From NCBI GenBank assembly GCA_905200615.1, contig CAJKLB010000001.1, positions 4,543 through 68,542 on the forward strand: a DNA stretch of 64,000 bases, read 5' to 3'. The notes beneath the pieces were generated by a model that had not been told where the DNA came from, did not search any database, and worked only from the letters and a program-made list of their open reading frames with translations. How positions within the stretch are numbered: the first letter of the stretch is position 1; the number at the start of each line of letters is the position of its first letter. The DNA is from an uncultured Selenomonadales bacterium (lineage in GTDB: Bacteria > Bacillota > Clostridia > Christensenellales > QALW01). Positions 45,248 through 55,664 of the stretch are shown here, piece by piece. Position numbers and translations under genes: made by a program.

Positions 45248-46731
45248 CTTTTGTCTCCTATTTTTAAAATTTCCTGCGCCATCGCGTCTTTAGCGCAAAC
45301 GCCGCGATGCAATATCGGCTTTTGCTTCAACCCCGCGATCTGCGCCGGCATAGCCACGCCCATTTTTTCAAGAACGGCGGCCGCTTCAAACTCATCCTCC
45401 GGAGCGCTTCCGGAAATAGCGGTAAGTACCGCGCGGGGGAACTTATACGGATTTGCCGTAGAAAGAATCACCGTAGGCGTAGCGTCACCGGAAGTCTTCT
45501 TATACTTTTCATATACGCTGACCGCCACGGCTGTATGGGTATCAATGCAATACTTCTTTTCCTGCCACATCCGCGAAATGGCCGCCTGCGTTTCTTCCTC
45601 ATCCGCGCAGCCGGCGTCAAAATTTTGCTTTAAGGCTTCCCGCATCCGCGCGGAAATCGAATATTTTCCTTCCTGCTTTAAGAGGGCCATCTTTGCGCTT
45701 ACCGCTTTATCGTCCCGACCGGAGAGCTCAAACAACAACCGCTCCAGATTGCTGGAAATCAAAATGTCCATAGAGGGCGACATGGTTTTATAAAACGCGC
45801 GGTTGGCATTATAAGTACCGCCAGCAAAGAAATCCGTAAGCACGTTATTTTTATTGGAAGCGCAAATCAGCTTGTAGATGGGCAGTCCCATGCGCATCGC
45901 GTAATAGCCGGCTAAAATATCGCCGAAATTACCGGTGGGAACCACAAAATTAATCTTTTCGCCCGCCTGAATCCGCCCGGATTTCAGCCAATCGGCATAA
46001 GCGCTGAAATAATATACGATCTGCGGAACAAGGCGGCCCCAGTTGATTGAATTGGCACTGGAGAGCTTTACGCCGTTTTGCAGCAGTTTTTCCCGTACGG
46101 CCGCATCGGCAAAAATCTTTTTTACACCGGTCTGCGCGTCATCAAAGTTTCCGTTGACGGCACATACAAACACATTGCCGCCCTCCTGCGTGGTCATTTG
46201 CAGCTGCTGCATCCGGCTGACTCCCTGATTGGGGAAGAAGACCGCGATGCGCATGCCGTCTACATCGCAAAAGCCCTCCAGCGCGGCCTTGCCTGTATCG
46301 CCGGAGGTAGCCACAAGAATCAGAATATCGCATGTTTCACCTTGCTTTGCTTTGGCATACTTTAAGAAGCGCGGCAAAATCTGCAGTGCCACATCCTTAA
46401 AGGCCAGCGTAGGGCCGTGAAACAGCTCCAGCACAGCAGTGCGCTCGTCTATCTCGTGCAGCGGCGCCACGGCGGGAGTATCAAACTTCGCTTCGTAAGC
46501 CCCGCGAATGCAGTCTTCCAGCTCTTCTTTTGAAAAATCCGTTAAATAGCGGGAAAGCACAGCATATGCTCTTTGCGAATAGGACATTTCCGCCATGGCG
46601 GAAATGTCCTGCAAATCAATTTTAGGAAATTCTTGGGGAACAAACAGCCCCCCTTCGGTGGAGATCCCCTGAACAAAACATTGAGACGCCGAATACGAAA
46701 GGGAGGAATCCCTGGTGGAAGTATATTTCAT
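45244..46731 (-). CDS. thrC: Threonine synthase (long form)
   Basis: MKYTSTRD..., GGLFVP and FHGPTLAFKD (PLP lysine). Confidence 0.9.
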   Translation of the reverse strand: MKYTSTRDSSLSYSASQCFVQGISTEGGLFVPQEFPKIDLQDISAMAEMSYSQRAYAVLSRYLTDFSKEELEDCIRGAYEAKFDTPAVAPLHEIDERTAVLELFHGPTLAFKDVALQILPRFLKYAKAKQGETCDILILVATSGDTGKAALEGFCDVDGMRIAVFFPNQGVSRMQQLQMTTQEGGNVFVCAVNGNFDDAQTGVKKIFADAAVREKLLQNGVKLSSANSINWGRLVPQIVYYFSAYADWLKSGRIQAGEKINFVVPTGNFGDILAGYYAMRMGLPIYKLICASNKNNVLTDFFAGGTYNANRAFYKTMSPSMDILISSNLERLLFELSGRDDKAVSAKMALLKQEGKYSISARMREALKQNFDAGCADEEETQAAISRMWQEKKYCIDTHTAVAVSVYEKYKKTSGDATPTVILSTANPYKFPRAVLTAISGSAPEDEFEAAAVLEKMGVAMPAQIAGLKQKPILHRGVCAKDAMAQEILKIGDKR

Positions 46732-46740
46732 AACGTTACC

Positions 46741-47154
46741 TTAATCTACTAAAAATTCCTGCATAAACGCGGGGATTTCTTCTTTATCGGCGCTTACCGA
46801 AAGAATCAGCTCCACACGATGTTCCTCGCAAAGGGGTTTCAGCTTGATAAATAAATCCTCCAGTTCCTCAATAGGACGATCCATATGCTTTAAGAAACCG
46901 TCAACATAGATTTTTTCCAAATCAAAGTTGGAAGCAATGAGTCCGCTGATAAAACCCAGGAACAAATACGCCCCCTTTACCCCGTATTCATTGGTATCAA
47001 TAAAGCGGATCTGATGCTTCAGGTCGCAGATATACCGTTTGCTGTTGAAAAGAAAGGCTACGTTGCCCTTGCAGGTTTCCGAAGCGATATTGGCGCTCTC
47101 AATAATTTTTTTTGTTTTGCCCGCTCCTTTTTTTCCGTAAATGATCTTGATCAT
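46741..47154 (-). CDS. Small P-loop NTPase-like protein of unknown function (137 aa)
   Basis: AAGGAGG RBS. Walker A-like GKKGAGKT is at residues 7-14. I recognise no Walker B or family. Confidence 0.5.
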   Translation of the reverse strand: MIKIIYGKKGAGKTKKIIESANIASETCKGNVAFLFNSKRYICDLKHQIRFIDTNEYGVKGAYLFLGFISGLIASNFDLEKIYVDGFLKHMDRPIEELEDLFIKLKPLCEEHRVELILSVSADKEEIPAFMQEFLVD

Positions 47155-47241
47155 AGAAAAACCTCCTTCTTAAGATTACACCTGTATTATAAACCATTTC
47201 GGGTGAAATTTCCATAGATTTTTGATAAAATTTATTAAAAA

Positions 47242-48654
47242 CTATTTTTTCAAAAGCTTCGCCGCTAAATAATGATGCTCAAACGCGGCATGAATATCTT
47301 TATCCAGCGCTTTCAGCATACCGTCCAGCTCTAAATCACCCATAGCCGTGTTTCGTCCGGCGGCATATTCTTTATCCACCAGCTCTTTCATCTTTACGAC
47401 GATATCATCACGTTTATCCACGGATATCTCACCGCTTAAATGATAATAGCCGTTTACCCAATAGGCAATACCCGCCAGACCGGAGTGGGCATCCACAATG
47501 ACGGTAGCGGGACGGTTCAGAATCGCTTTCGTATCAAAGATGTTATAGATTTCCTCGTCTTTGAGCATACCGTCAGCATGAATCCCCGCGCGCGTAGCAT
47601 TAAAGTTACGGCCTACAAACGGTGTATTGGCCGGGATATCATAGCCCAGCTCATTTTCAAAGAACTGTGCGATCTCGGTAATTACCGAAAGATCCATGCC
47701 GTCTGTCGTTCCCCGAAGAGAAGCATACTCAATGGCCATCGCTTCCAAGGGGCAATTGCCCGTACGCTCGCCGATTCCTAAGAGTGAACAGTTTACGCTG
47801 CTGCAGCCGTAAAGCCATGCCGTAGCCGCGTTGCTTACTACTTTGTAAAAATCATTATGTCCGTGCCATTCCAGCTGTGCGCTGGGCACGCCCGCATAGT
47901 GGTTCAAGCCATAGATAATGCCCTGCACACTGCGAGGGATCGACGCGCCGGGATAGGACACACCGAAGCCCATCGTATCGCAGGCGCGGATCTTTATGGG
48001 AATTCCGCTTTCCTGACTCAGCTTCATCAGCTCCGTAGCAAAGGGAACCACAAAACCGTAAAAATCTGCCCGGGTAATATCCTCAAAATGGCACCTCGGT
48101 ACAATTCCCTGCTCCAAAGCCGCTTTGACGATAGAAAGATACTTTTCCAGCGCGCCCGAACGGGTCAGATTCATTTTTTTAAAAATGTGGTAATCCGAAC
48201 AGCTGACTAAAATACCTGTTTCTTTTAAGCCCATGGCCTTTACCAATTCAAAATCCTTGGGATTAGCGCGGATCCAGCTGGTCACCTCGGGAAAGCGCAG
48301 CCCTAATTCCAAGCATTTTTCCACAGCGGTACGGTCTTTTTCACTGTAGAGGAAAAACTCGCTCTGGCGAATGATACCGTTTTTTCCGCTGAGACGGCTG
48401 AGCATCTTATAGATTTCCACGATCTGCTCGGCCGTAAAAGGAGAAGTTGATTGCTGTCCGTCGCGGAAGGTCGTATCGGTAATCCACAGTTCACTGGGCG
48501 TAATCATTGGCACATGACGTTCGTTAAAAGCCACCTTCGGAATGGATTTATAATCATACAGCGCGCGGTACAGCTCAGGTTCGGCTACATCCTGCAGCGT
48601 ATAGTGATAGATATTCTCGGTTAAATGATTGGTATGGTTATCTAATTTTAACAT
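47242..48654 (-). CDS. HMGL-like / isopropylmalate-synthase-family aldolase, probably Re-face citrate synthase or a homocitrate-type enzyme
   Basis: ITDTTFRDGQQS, HFED, WHGHNDF and LGIGERTGN motifs, with the N-terminal extension typical of the clostridial Re-citrate-synthase group. The specific activity is an inference. Confidence 0.65.
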   Translation of the reverse strand: MLKLDNHTNHLTENIYHYTLQDVAEPELYRALYDYKSIPKVAFNERHVPMITPSELWITDTTFRDGQQSTSPFTAEQIVEIYKMLSRLSGKNGIIRQSEFFLYSEKDRTAVEKCLELGLRFPEVTSWIRANPKDFELVKAMGLKETGILVSCSDYHIFKKMNLTRSGALEKYLSIVKAALEQGIVPRCHFEDITRADFYGFVVPFATELMKLSQESGIPIKIRACDTMGFGVSYPGASIPRSVQGIIYGLNHYAGVPSAQLEWHGHNDFYKVVSNAATAWLYGCSSVNCSLLGIGERTGNCPLEAMAIEYASLRGTTDGMDLSVITEIAQFFENELGYDIPANTPFVGRNFNATRAGIHADGMLKDEEIYNIFDTKAILNRPATVIVDAHSGLAGIAYWVNGYYHLSGEISVDKRDDIVVKMKELVDKEYAAGRNTAMGDLELDGMLKALDKDIHAAFEHHYLAAKLLKK

Positions 48655-49844
48655 CACTTTAATCCTTTCACAAAATCACGAATTCTTTGCAATCCCTTTT
48701 GGATGGTCTCCATGCTGGTGGCATAGGAAAGGCGAATATATCCGTCCGCACCGAAGGGAAGCCCCGGGACCACAGCCGTCATTTGCGCGTCCAGCAGGTA
48801 TTCGGTAAAATCCATAGATCCCTTGATTTTTTTACCGTTATACTCCTTGCCGATCACATCTTTGATGCAGACCATGACGTAAAATGCGCCCTTGGGCATC
48901 TGCGCGTGAAGACCGGGAATCGCGTTTACCGTTTCCACCATATAATTTCTGCGCCGCCGGAATTCCTCCAGCATAGCGCTGAACTCCGGATTCTCGCTGG
49001 TAATAGCAGCAAGGGTGGAATACTGGGCTACGGTATTAGGATTGCCTGTAGCGTGGCTCTGATAGCTGCCGATCATCTTTGCAATCTTCGTATTGCTGAT
49101 GGAATAGCCCATCCGCCAGCCTGTCATGGCGTAAGCTTTAGACATCCCGTTTACAAGAATCACCCGGTCATTCGCTTCGGGAATCATCGCGGGTGAAAAA
49201 TGCTTTGCCCCGTCATAAACCAGCGCGTCATAGATTTCATCGGAAATAATCATAAAATCCTTTTGAATGGCCAAAGCGGCGATCGCGCGTACTTCTTTTT
49301 CTGTAAGCACCGCGCCGGAAGGATTGGAGGGACTGTTCAAAATAATAGCCTTGGTATGCTCCGTTACCGCGCTTTCCAGCGCGGCAAAATCAATGGCAAA
49401 CCCCTTCTCTTCAACCGTGGGAACAAACACCGGAGTGGCTCCGGCCATTTTGATCAACTCCGGATAGCTGACCCAGTAGGGAGCAAACAGTATAACTTCA
49501 TCCCCCGGATTGCATATGGCCTGCAGGGCATTGAACAGCGCCTGCTTCGCACCGTTGCTGACAACTACCTGATCAAAAGTATAGGTTACCCCCAGGTTTC
49601 TTTGGGTAAGAGCGCAAATAGCCTGCCGCAGCTGCGGCATCCCCGCGGCGGCGGTATATTTCGTCTGGCCGTCCTTTAAGGCGGCAATCGCCGCGTCTAC
49701 TATGTAAGCAGGTGTGGCAAAATCAGGCTCGCCCGCGCCGAAACTTACAACATCTTTGCCCTCAGCGCGCATGGCTTTGGCCTTAGCGTCAATCGCCAGC
49801 GTTACCGAACCTTGAATTCCTTCGCATTTTTTACTAAACTGCAT
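48654..49844 (-). CDS. Class I/II PLP-dependent aminotransferase (aspartate aminotransferase-like)
   Basis: I place the start at ATG 49844 (GGAGGGA RBS). SKAYAMTGWRMGY (PLP lysine) and SNPSGAV are present. Confidence 0.85.
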   Translation of the reverse strand: MQFSKKCEGIQGSVTLAIDAKAKAMRAEGKDVVSFGAGEPDFATPAYIVDAAIAALKDGQTKYTAAAGMPQLRQAICALTQRNLGVTYTFDQVVVSNGAKQALFNALQAICNPGDEVILFAPYWVSYPELIKMAGATPVFVPTVEEKGFAIDFAALESAVTEHTKAIILNSPSNPSGAVLTEKEVRAIAALAIQKDFMIISDEIYDALVYDGAKHFSPAMIPEANDRVILVNGMSKAYAMTGWRMGYSISNTKIAKMIGSYQSHATGNPNTVAQYSTLAAITSENPEFSAMLEEFRRRRNYMVETVNAIPGLHAQMPKGAFYVMVCIKDVIGKEYNGKKIKGSMDFTEYLLDAQMTAVVPGLPFGADGYIRLSYATSMETIQKGLQRIRDFVKGLK

Positions 49845-51006
49845 TGTCTTTTCCCTCCGCATCTTTCTGTTTAATTTCCGCCGTTTGTTCCGCCGCGTTC
49901 ATTGCCTTACGCGCAATGCCGGCAAGGATAGCTACAATGGGCGCGCCTAAAATCATGCCCACCGTTCCCATCATTGCGCCGAAGACCGCGATCCCCGCAA
50001 GCAATAAAAGCGGGCTGACCTGCAGCGCGTCGCCGGTAAGCCACGGCGTTAAAATGTTTCCTTCAATCTGTTGACAAATCACCATAAATACGGCTGTCCA
50101 TAAAGCCAAGCGTACATCTCCCACTGTCAACGCGATTAAAATGGGAGGTACCGCGCCTATAATCGGGCCGATATAAGGTACCAGATTCGTGATGCTTACA
50201 ATGGTAGCCAATAAAATGGCATACGGCAAGCCTAAAATCAAAAAGCCGATATAACTTACAATTCCCAGCCCCAAAGAAGTAGATAATCTTACCACGATAT
50301 ATTTTTCAATAATAATGTCGCTCTCATGGCATACGGCGCACACATTCTTATAATGAACGTCATTGCGCACGAATACACGCAGCAAACGCTTAACAGAATG
50401 CTTGATTTTATTATAATCATACAGCAAACAAAAGGTTGCGATAATATAGACCACCGCGTCGAAAAGAAAGCTCATCGTGGAAGATACGATTCCCGTGGCG
50501 GCGGAAAACAGCTGAAAAGCGCCCGCAAAAGCCTCCGCGGAATCTTTGGCCTTTTCCGCCGCTGATTCCAGCACCGATACTACATAGCTGTTAACATCGA
50601 TATCCAACCACTCGGAAAGCGCTTCAATCTGCTGATTGAGAAACTCGGTAAAGATACCGATATATTCCGGCAGGCGAATGACTAAATCCGTTATATTATT
50701 GATAACGTTCGGCACGATAATAGCCACCAGCAGTCCGGCCAGGCCTAAAAACAGAACCAAAACCGTTACACAGGCTACCGGATGCTGCCATTTATGCGTC
50801 TTCTTTTTGCTGAGAAGCACCAGCAGTTTTTCCAGCCACATCACCGGATGCCGCAGCAGATATGCTGTGGCAAAAGCGATCAAAAACGGCGTAAGCGCGG
50901 CAATCCCTCTTCGCAGCGCCGGCATAATACCGGCAAAAATCTGCCAAACCAGAATGGCCACAAACACCAAGGCTACGACGGCCCAGAAACGTTTTTCGCT
51001 TTTCAA
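49834..51006 (-). CDS. AI-2E family transporter (PerM/YhhT-like), TTG start
   Basis: Polytopic membrane protein with LVPYIGPIIGAVPPILIAL typical of the family. AGGAGGAG RBS before the TTG. Confidence 0.75.
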   Translation of the reverse strand: MKSEKRFWAVVALVFVAILVWQIFAGIMPALRRGIAALTPFLIAFATAYLLRHPVMWLEKLLVLLSKKKTHKWQHPVACVTVLVLFLGLAGLLVAIIVPNVINNITDLVIRLPEYIGIFTEFLNQQIEALSEWLDIDVNSYVVSVLESAAEKAKDSAEAFAGAFQLFSAATGIVSSTMSFLFDAVVYIIATFCLLYDYNKIKHSVKRLLRVFVRNDVHYKNVCAVCHESDIIIEKYIVVRLSTSLGLGIVSYIGFLILGLPYAILLATIVSITNLVPYIGPIIGAVPPILIALTVGDVRLALWTAVFMVICQQIEGNILTPWLTGDALQVSPLLLLAGIAVFGAMMGTVGMILGAPIVAILAGIARKAMNAAEQTAEIKQKDAEGKDNAV

Positions 51007-51021
51007 TCAAAGCTCCTCCTG

Positions 51022-52854
51022 TCAGTTTTGACGATTTGCCATCTTTGCGGCACGGTATCTGGCGGTAGGATCCAATATTTTTTTCCGTATCCGTATATTG
51101 GCCGGCGTTACTTCGGCCAGTTCGTCCTCACCTAAATATTCCAGCGCCTGTTCCAAGCTCATGCGTTTCGGCGGTATCAGATGCAGCGCGTCGTCTGAGC
51201 CGGCCGAACGAGAGTTGGTCATATTTTTACGCTTGCACACATTGACCTCGATATCCTCCGGCCGTGAGCTTTCGCCTACAATCATACCGCTGTAAACCTG
51301 TTCGCCCGGGCCGATAAACAGCGTTCCGCGTTCCTGGGCGTTAAACAGTCCATAGGTAATGGATTCACCCGTTTCAAAGGCAATCAAAGACCCGTTTTTT
51401 CTGCCGGGCAGCTCGCCCTTATAGGGCGCGTAGCCGTCAAACACCGAATTCATAACTCCTTCACCGTGGGTATCGGTTAAAAACGTACTGCGATAACCGA
51501 ACAATCCCCGCGCCGGAACAATAAACTCCATACGGCGCATCGTGGGGCTTAAAGAAAACATATTGACCATTTCCCCGTGGTTTGTTCCCATATGCTGGAT
51601 TACCGTACCGGAATAAGTATCCGGAACGTCAATAATCACGCGTTCCATCGGCTCACAGAGTTTCCCGTCAATGGTCTTAAGCAGTACCTCGGGCTTACTG
51701 ACCTGCAGCTCGTAGCCCTGGCGGCGCATATTTTCTATCAAAATAGAAAGATGCAGCTCTCCCCGGCCGGAAACCTTAAAGCTATCGGCGGAATCCGTAT
51801 CCTCTACACGCAGAGAAACATCCGTTTCAATTTCCCTGTAAAGCCTGGCGCGCAAATGACGGCTGGTAAGATATTTTCCTTCCTTGCCGGCAAACGGAGA
51901 ATCATTTACCGAAAAAGTCATGCTTACGGTAGGCTCGGTAATTTTTACAAACGGCAGCGGCTCTATCGTGTCGGGACGGCAGAGCGTATCGCCGATATTG
52001 ATATCGGCAACCCCGCTGACCGCAACGATTTCGCCCGCGGAGGCTTCTTCCACGCCGACGCGCTTGAGCCCCTCAAATACCGAAAGACTGGTTACGCGTA
52101 CATTACTGCGCACCCCCTCGCTTCCGTAGGTGCAAAGGGAAATCATATCGCCGGTTCTTATGGTACCGCGCTCGATCTTCCCGATTCCGATGCGGCCTAC
52201 ATATTCGTTATAGTCAATAGTGGAAATCAGCATCTGCGCCGGCTGCGCCGGATCTCCTTCGGGGCAGGGCACATATTCTAAAATCGCGTCTAAAAGCGGC
52301 GTCATATCCGTGCCGGGCACGGCCGGATCGATTGATGCCGTTCCCTCTCGGCCGGAGGCATAAATAAAGGGGCAATCCAGCTGAGAATCGTCGGCGCCCA
52401 GCTCAATAAACAGATCCAAGACCTCATCGGCAACGTCGTCCGGGCGGGCATCGGGACGATCCATTTTATTGATCACCACGATCACTCGAAGTCCCAGTTC
52501 CAGCGCCTTGGAAAGTACAAACCGCGTCTGCGGCATCGGGCCTTCGAAGGAATCCACCAGCAGCAGCACGCCGCTGGTCATCTTCAGCACACGCTCCACC
52601 TCGCCGCCGAAATCGGCGTGACCGGGTGTATCCACCACATTGATTTTTGTATTTTTATAGTGAATCGACGTGTTTTTGGATAAAATCGTAATGCCGCGTT
52701 CACGCTCGATATCGCCCGAATCCATCATACGTTCCTGCAGCTGCTGATTTTCCCTGAAAATGCCGCTTTGCTTCAGCATTTCATCCACCAGCGTGGTCTT
52801 TCCGTGGTCTACGTGGGCAATAATGGCAATATTTCTGATATCTTCTCGTTTCAA
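51022..52854 (-). CDS. typA: Translational GTPase TypA/BipA, TTG start
   Basis: [31 protein letters not shown] and NKMD, 610 aa. Confidence 0.95.
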   Translation of the reverse strand: MKREDIRNIAIIAHVDHGKTTLVDEMLKQSGIFRENQQLQERMMDSGDIERERGITILSKNTSIHYKNTKINVVDTPGHADFGGEVERVLKMTSGVLLLVDSFEGPMPQTRFVLSKALELGLRVIVVINKMDRPDARPDDVADEVLDLFIELGADDSQLDCPFIYASGREGTASIDPAVPGTDMTPLLDAILEYVPCPEGDPAQPAQMLISTIDYNEYVGRIGIGKIERGTIRTGDMISLCTYGSEGVRSNVRVTSLSVFEGLKRVGVEEASAGEIVAVSGVADINIGDTLCRPDTIEPLPFVKITEPTVSMTFSVNDSPFAGKEGKYLTSRHLRARLYREIETDVSLRVEDTDSADSFKVSGRGELHLSILIENMRRQGYELQVSKPEVLLKTIDGKLCEPMERVIIDVPDTYSGTVIQHMGTNHGEMVNMFSLSPTMRRMEFIVPARGLFGYRSTFLTDTHGEGVMNSVFDGYAPYKGELPGRKNGSLIAFETGESITYGLFNAQERGTLFIGPGEQVYSGMIVGESSRPEDIEVNVCKRKNMTNSRSAGSDDALHLIPPKRMSLEQALEYLGEDELAEVTPANIRIRKKILDPTARYRAAKMANRQN

Positions 52855-53177
52855 AGCAAGTACCTCATTTGCAGTATTTTTGTTTGATTACTGCAAAAAG
52901 CAGCAATCAAATAGCATATTTTTAAAAACACAAATATAACATTGCATAAAATGCAATATTTTGCGCAAAAACTTTCAAAAATATATAGCCATATTGTAGC
53001 ATATCGTTGCTTGATTGACAAGCAAAACAATGAGAAAACATTTTTAAATCGGAAAATTTTTCGGCTCAGCGATATTTTAACAATATAATATTAGGAGGAT
53101 GTTACGTCAAAAAATTTCCTGGGGACAAGGCGTATAAATGAAAATTCTTTTGCATACTATCCATTGAGGTGATAAAA

Positions 53178-53975
53178 ATGGGAACATCCCAACGCATGAA
53201 AAAGAGAGAAATGAAAAAAAATCTGACAGCGCTGCTGATCATCGCGGTGTTTGCCGTCATTGTCTTCAGTGTAAATTCCATCGGTAAATTCATTGCCGAG
53301 AAAGTAATACAGCCGGTTATGAGCATGGGCACGGCAAAGGATGAGCGTATTGTAACCAATACCGTAAAAATTGAAGCGTTGGAAATTTACGGTGTAGGCG
53401 CGGGACAATTCGAGGATGCCGCGTCCGCCGCGGAAACCGTAAAAAAGATTCAAGACGGAGGCGGTGCGGGATATGTGCTGGAAACCACCGAGGGCTTTAC
53501 GGTACTTGCTTCCTGTTATACGGATGAAGAGTGGGCCGAAAGCGTAAAAGAAAAGCTTTCCTCTTCTTTTGATACGGTGGGGGTATTCCCCTTAAAAGGC
53601 GATGAGCTTTCGATAAAAATTACCGGTACGCAAGCCCAGGCGGAGATGATCGGGCAGGCTTTTGATTCTTTGCGCACCACAGTGAAGGAAATGGTGGATT
53701 TATGTGTAGAAACCGACAAAAGCGATGTAACGCGTTTACAGGCCTGTACACAGATTCAGCTATGCCGTACCGATACGGCCAAACAATTGGAGCAGTTAAA
53801 GACTTTAGAAAGCGGAAACCGCGTAGTGACCGTTTTAGAAGAGATGCTCACCTGTACCGCCACGGCTTTGGATGAAATGCCCGAAAGCTCAGACGACGCT
53901 TTTGCCCAAAAATTAAAATATGCTTCAGCCTCGCTTGCCGGTGAATACCTTAATTTTTATACTTCGCTGGAATAA
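53178..53975 (+). CDS. Membrane-anchored protein with a SPOR-like domain
   Basis: I place the start at ATG 53178 (GAGGTGA RBS). TM segment LTALLIIAVFAVIVFSV. YGVGAGQFEDAASAAETVKKIQDGGGAGYVLETTEGFTVLASCYTDEEWAESVKEKL resembles the SPOR pattern. Confidence 0.5.
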   Translation: MGTSQRMKKREMKKNLTALLIIAVFAVIVFSVNSIGKFIAEKVIQPVMSMGTAKDERIVTNTVKIEALEIYGVGAGQFEDAASAAETVKKIQDGGGAGYVLETTEGFTVLASCYTDEEWAESVKEKLSSSFDTVGVFPLKGDELSIKITGTQAQAEMIGQAFDSLRTTVKEMVDLCVETDKSDVTRLQACTQIQLCRTDTAKQLEQLKTLESGNRVVTVLEEMLTCTATALDEMPESSDDAFAQKLKYASASLAGEYLNFYTSLE

Positions 53976-54438
53976 AGAGCTTGGCTGCCGCGGGATTGAA
54001 AATTCTCCCATTTGATAAAACGTTTCTCGGTGCTCTTTCCTTTCTTTAAAACGGAGCTGTCGTAACCTTTGTTTTTAAAATTACGGTTTCCGTCAGCTCC
54101 CTCTTTCTTTATAATACACTCTTTATAATACACTATGTATATCATTTACGCCGCCTATCTATACCGCTTACCCGTCTTTTAAAAAGCCGTGTCTCCTTTT
54201 CACGCAGATTGAAAAACCCGGCCTATTGTGCAATGATATTAGCTGTAAACGATGCCTTATTTTATATCGGAGAAAGAACAAAAGAAGAGACAAAATTTTA
54301 AATCTTTTCCTTTCCGACAAGCAAGCGGACGGCTTTTTTACCTTTTGCCGTGAAAGCCTGATAACACGGAAAACAGCTTGCTTTTTTAAAGCAAAGGCGG
54401 TATAATAGGTAGCAATATGGATAGTGAAGGAGTGACTT

Positions 54439-55662
54439 TTGATGGCAGAAAACGTTTTGGATACCCTGAAAGCCCGCGGCTTTGTAAAACAGATTACTTT
54501 TGAGGAAGATCTGTACCGGCTGTTAGGCAGCGAAAAGGTAACGTTTTATGTAGGTTTTGATCCTACCGCCGACAGCCTTCACGTAGGGCATTTTCTTGTT
54601 TTGATGGCCATGGCGCATATGCAGCGGGCCGGTCATCGGCCTATATGTCTGGTAGGGGGCGGTACCGGCTGCGTGGGAGATCCCAGCGGCAGAACGGATA
54701 TGCGTTCGATGATGACATTAGAAACCATTCAGCATAACGTGGACTGCTTTAAGAAGCAGATTGCAAAATTCATCGATTTTTCTGACAATAAAGCCATTAT
54801 GGTGGATAACGCCGAGTGGCTGCTGAAGCTGAACTATGTGGAATTCCTGCGGGATATCGGCGTATATTTTTCAGTAAACCGTATGCTTACGGCCGAATGC
54901 TTTAAAACCCGCATGGAAAAGGGGCTCTCCTTTTTGGAATTCAACTATATGCTGATGCAGAGCTATGACTTTTTAATGCTGTATCAAAAATACGGCTGTG
55001 CTCTGCAGCTGGGCGGCGATGATCAGTGGTCCAATATGCTCGGCGGCGCTGATTTGATCCGCCGCAAAGAGAAAAAAGACGCTTTTGCCATGACGTTTAC
55101 GCTTTTAACCAAGAGCGACGGTCAAAAGATGGGCAAAACCGCCGGCGGCGCGGTTTGGCTTTCGGCGGAAAAAACCTCGCCGTATGATTTTTATCAGTAC
55201 TGGCGGAATGTGGATGACGCCGATGTGGAAAAATGCTTAAAATTGCTGACGTTTCTCCCGCTGGATGAAATTGCCCGGCTTTGCGCGCATCAGGACGAAC
55301 GCATCAACGCGGCAAAAGAACGGCTGGCCTATGAGGTAACCAAGATCGTACATTCCGAGGAAGAAGCAAAAAAAGCGCAGGCGGCCGCTGCCGCCGCTTT
55401 CGGCAAAGGGAGCGAAGCGGATATGATCTGCGTAACCCTCAGCAGACAGCAGGCCGCCGGCAGAGTAACGGAGCTGCTGATGCTTGCGGGAATTACCAAA
55501 AGTATCGGCGAAGGCCGCCGTTTAATTGAAGGCGGCGCCGTATCGTTAAATGAAGAAAGAATCACGGATGTAAACGCCGCTGTTGATCCAAAGTTCCTTG
55601 ACGCGGGGGAATTCATTCTGCACAAGGGCAAAAAAGTCCATAAAAAGATCATTGTTGAGTAA
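54439..55662 (+). CDS. tyrS: Tyrosine--tRNA ligase
   Basis: HIGH-type motif SLHVGH, KMGKT (KMSKS-type) and a C-terminal S4 domain. The start may be TTG 54439 or ATG 54442. Confidence 0.95.
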   Translation: MMAENVLDTLKARGFVKQITFEEDLYRLLGSEKVTFYVGFDPTADSLHVGHFLVLMAMAHMQRAGHRPICLVGGGTGCVGDPSGRTDMRSMMTLETIQHNVDCFKKQIAKFIDFSDNKAIMVDNAEWLLKLNYVEFLRDIGVYFSVNRMLTAECFKTRMEKGLSFLEFNYMLMQSYDFLMLYQKYGCALQLGGDDQWSNMLGGADLIRRKEKKDAFAMTFTLLTKSDGQKMGKTAGGAVWLSAEKTSPYDFYQYWRNVDDADVEKCLKLLTFLPLDEIARLCAHQDERINAAKERLAYEVTKIVHSEEEAKKAQAAAAAAFGKGSEADMICVTLSRQQAAGRVTELLMLAGITKSIGEGRRLIEGGAVSLNEERITDVNAAVDPKFLDAGEFILHKGKKVHKKIIVE

Positions 55663-55664
55663 CT

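Noticed and set aside
53976-54438. Expected T-box leader upstream of tyrS
   Set aside because: I searched for the T-box and specifier-loop consensus by eye and did not find them. I report this only as an absence that a covariance model should confirm.
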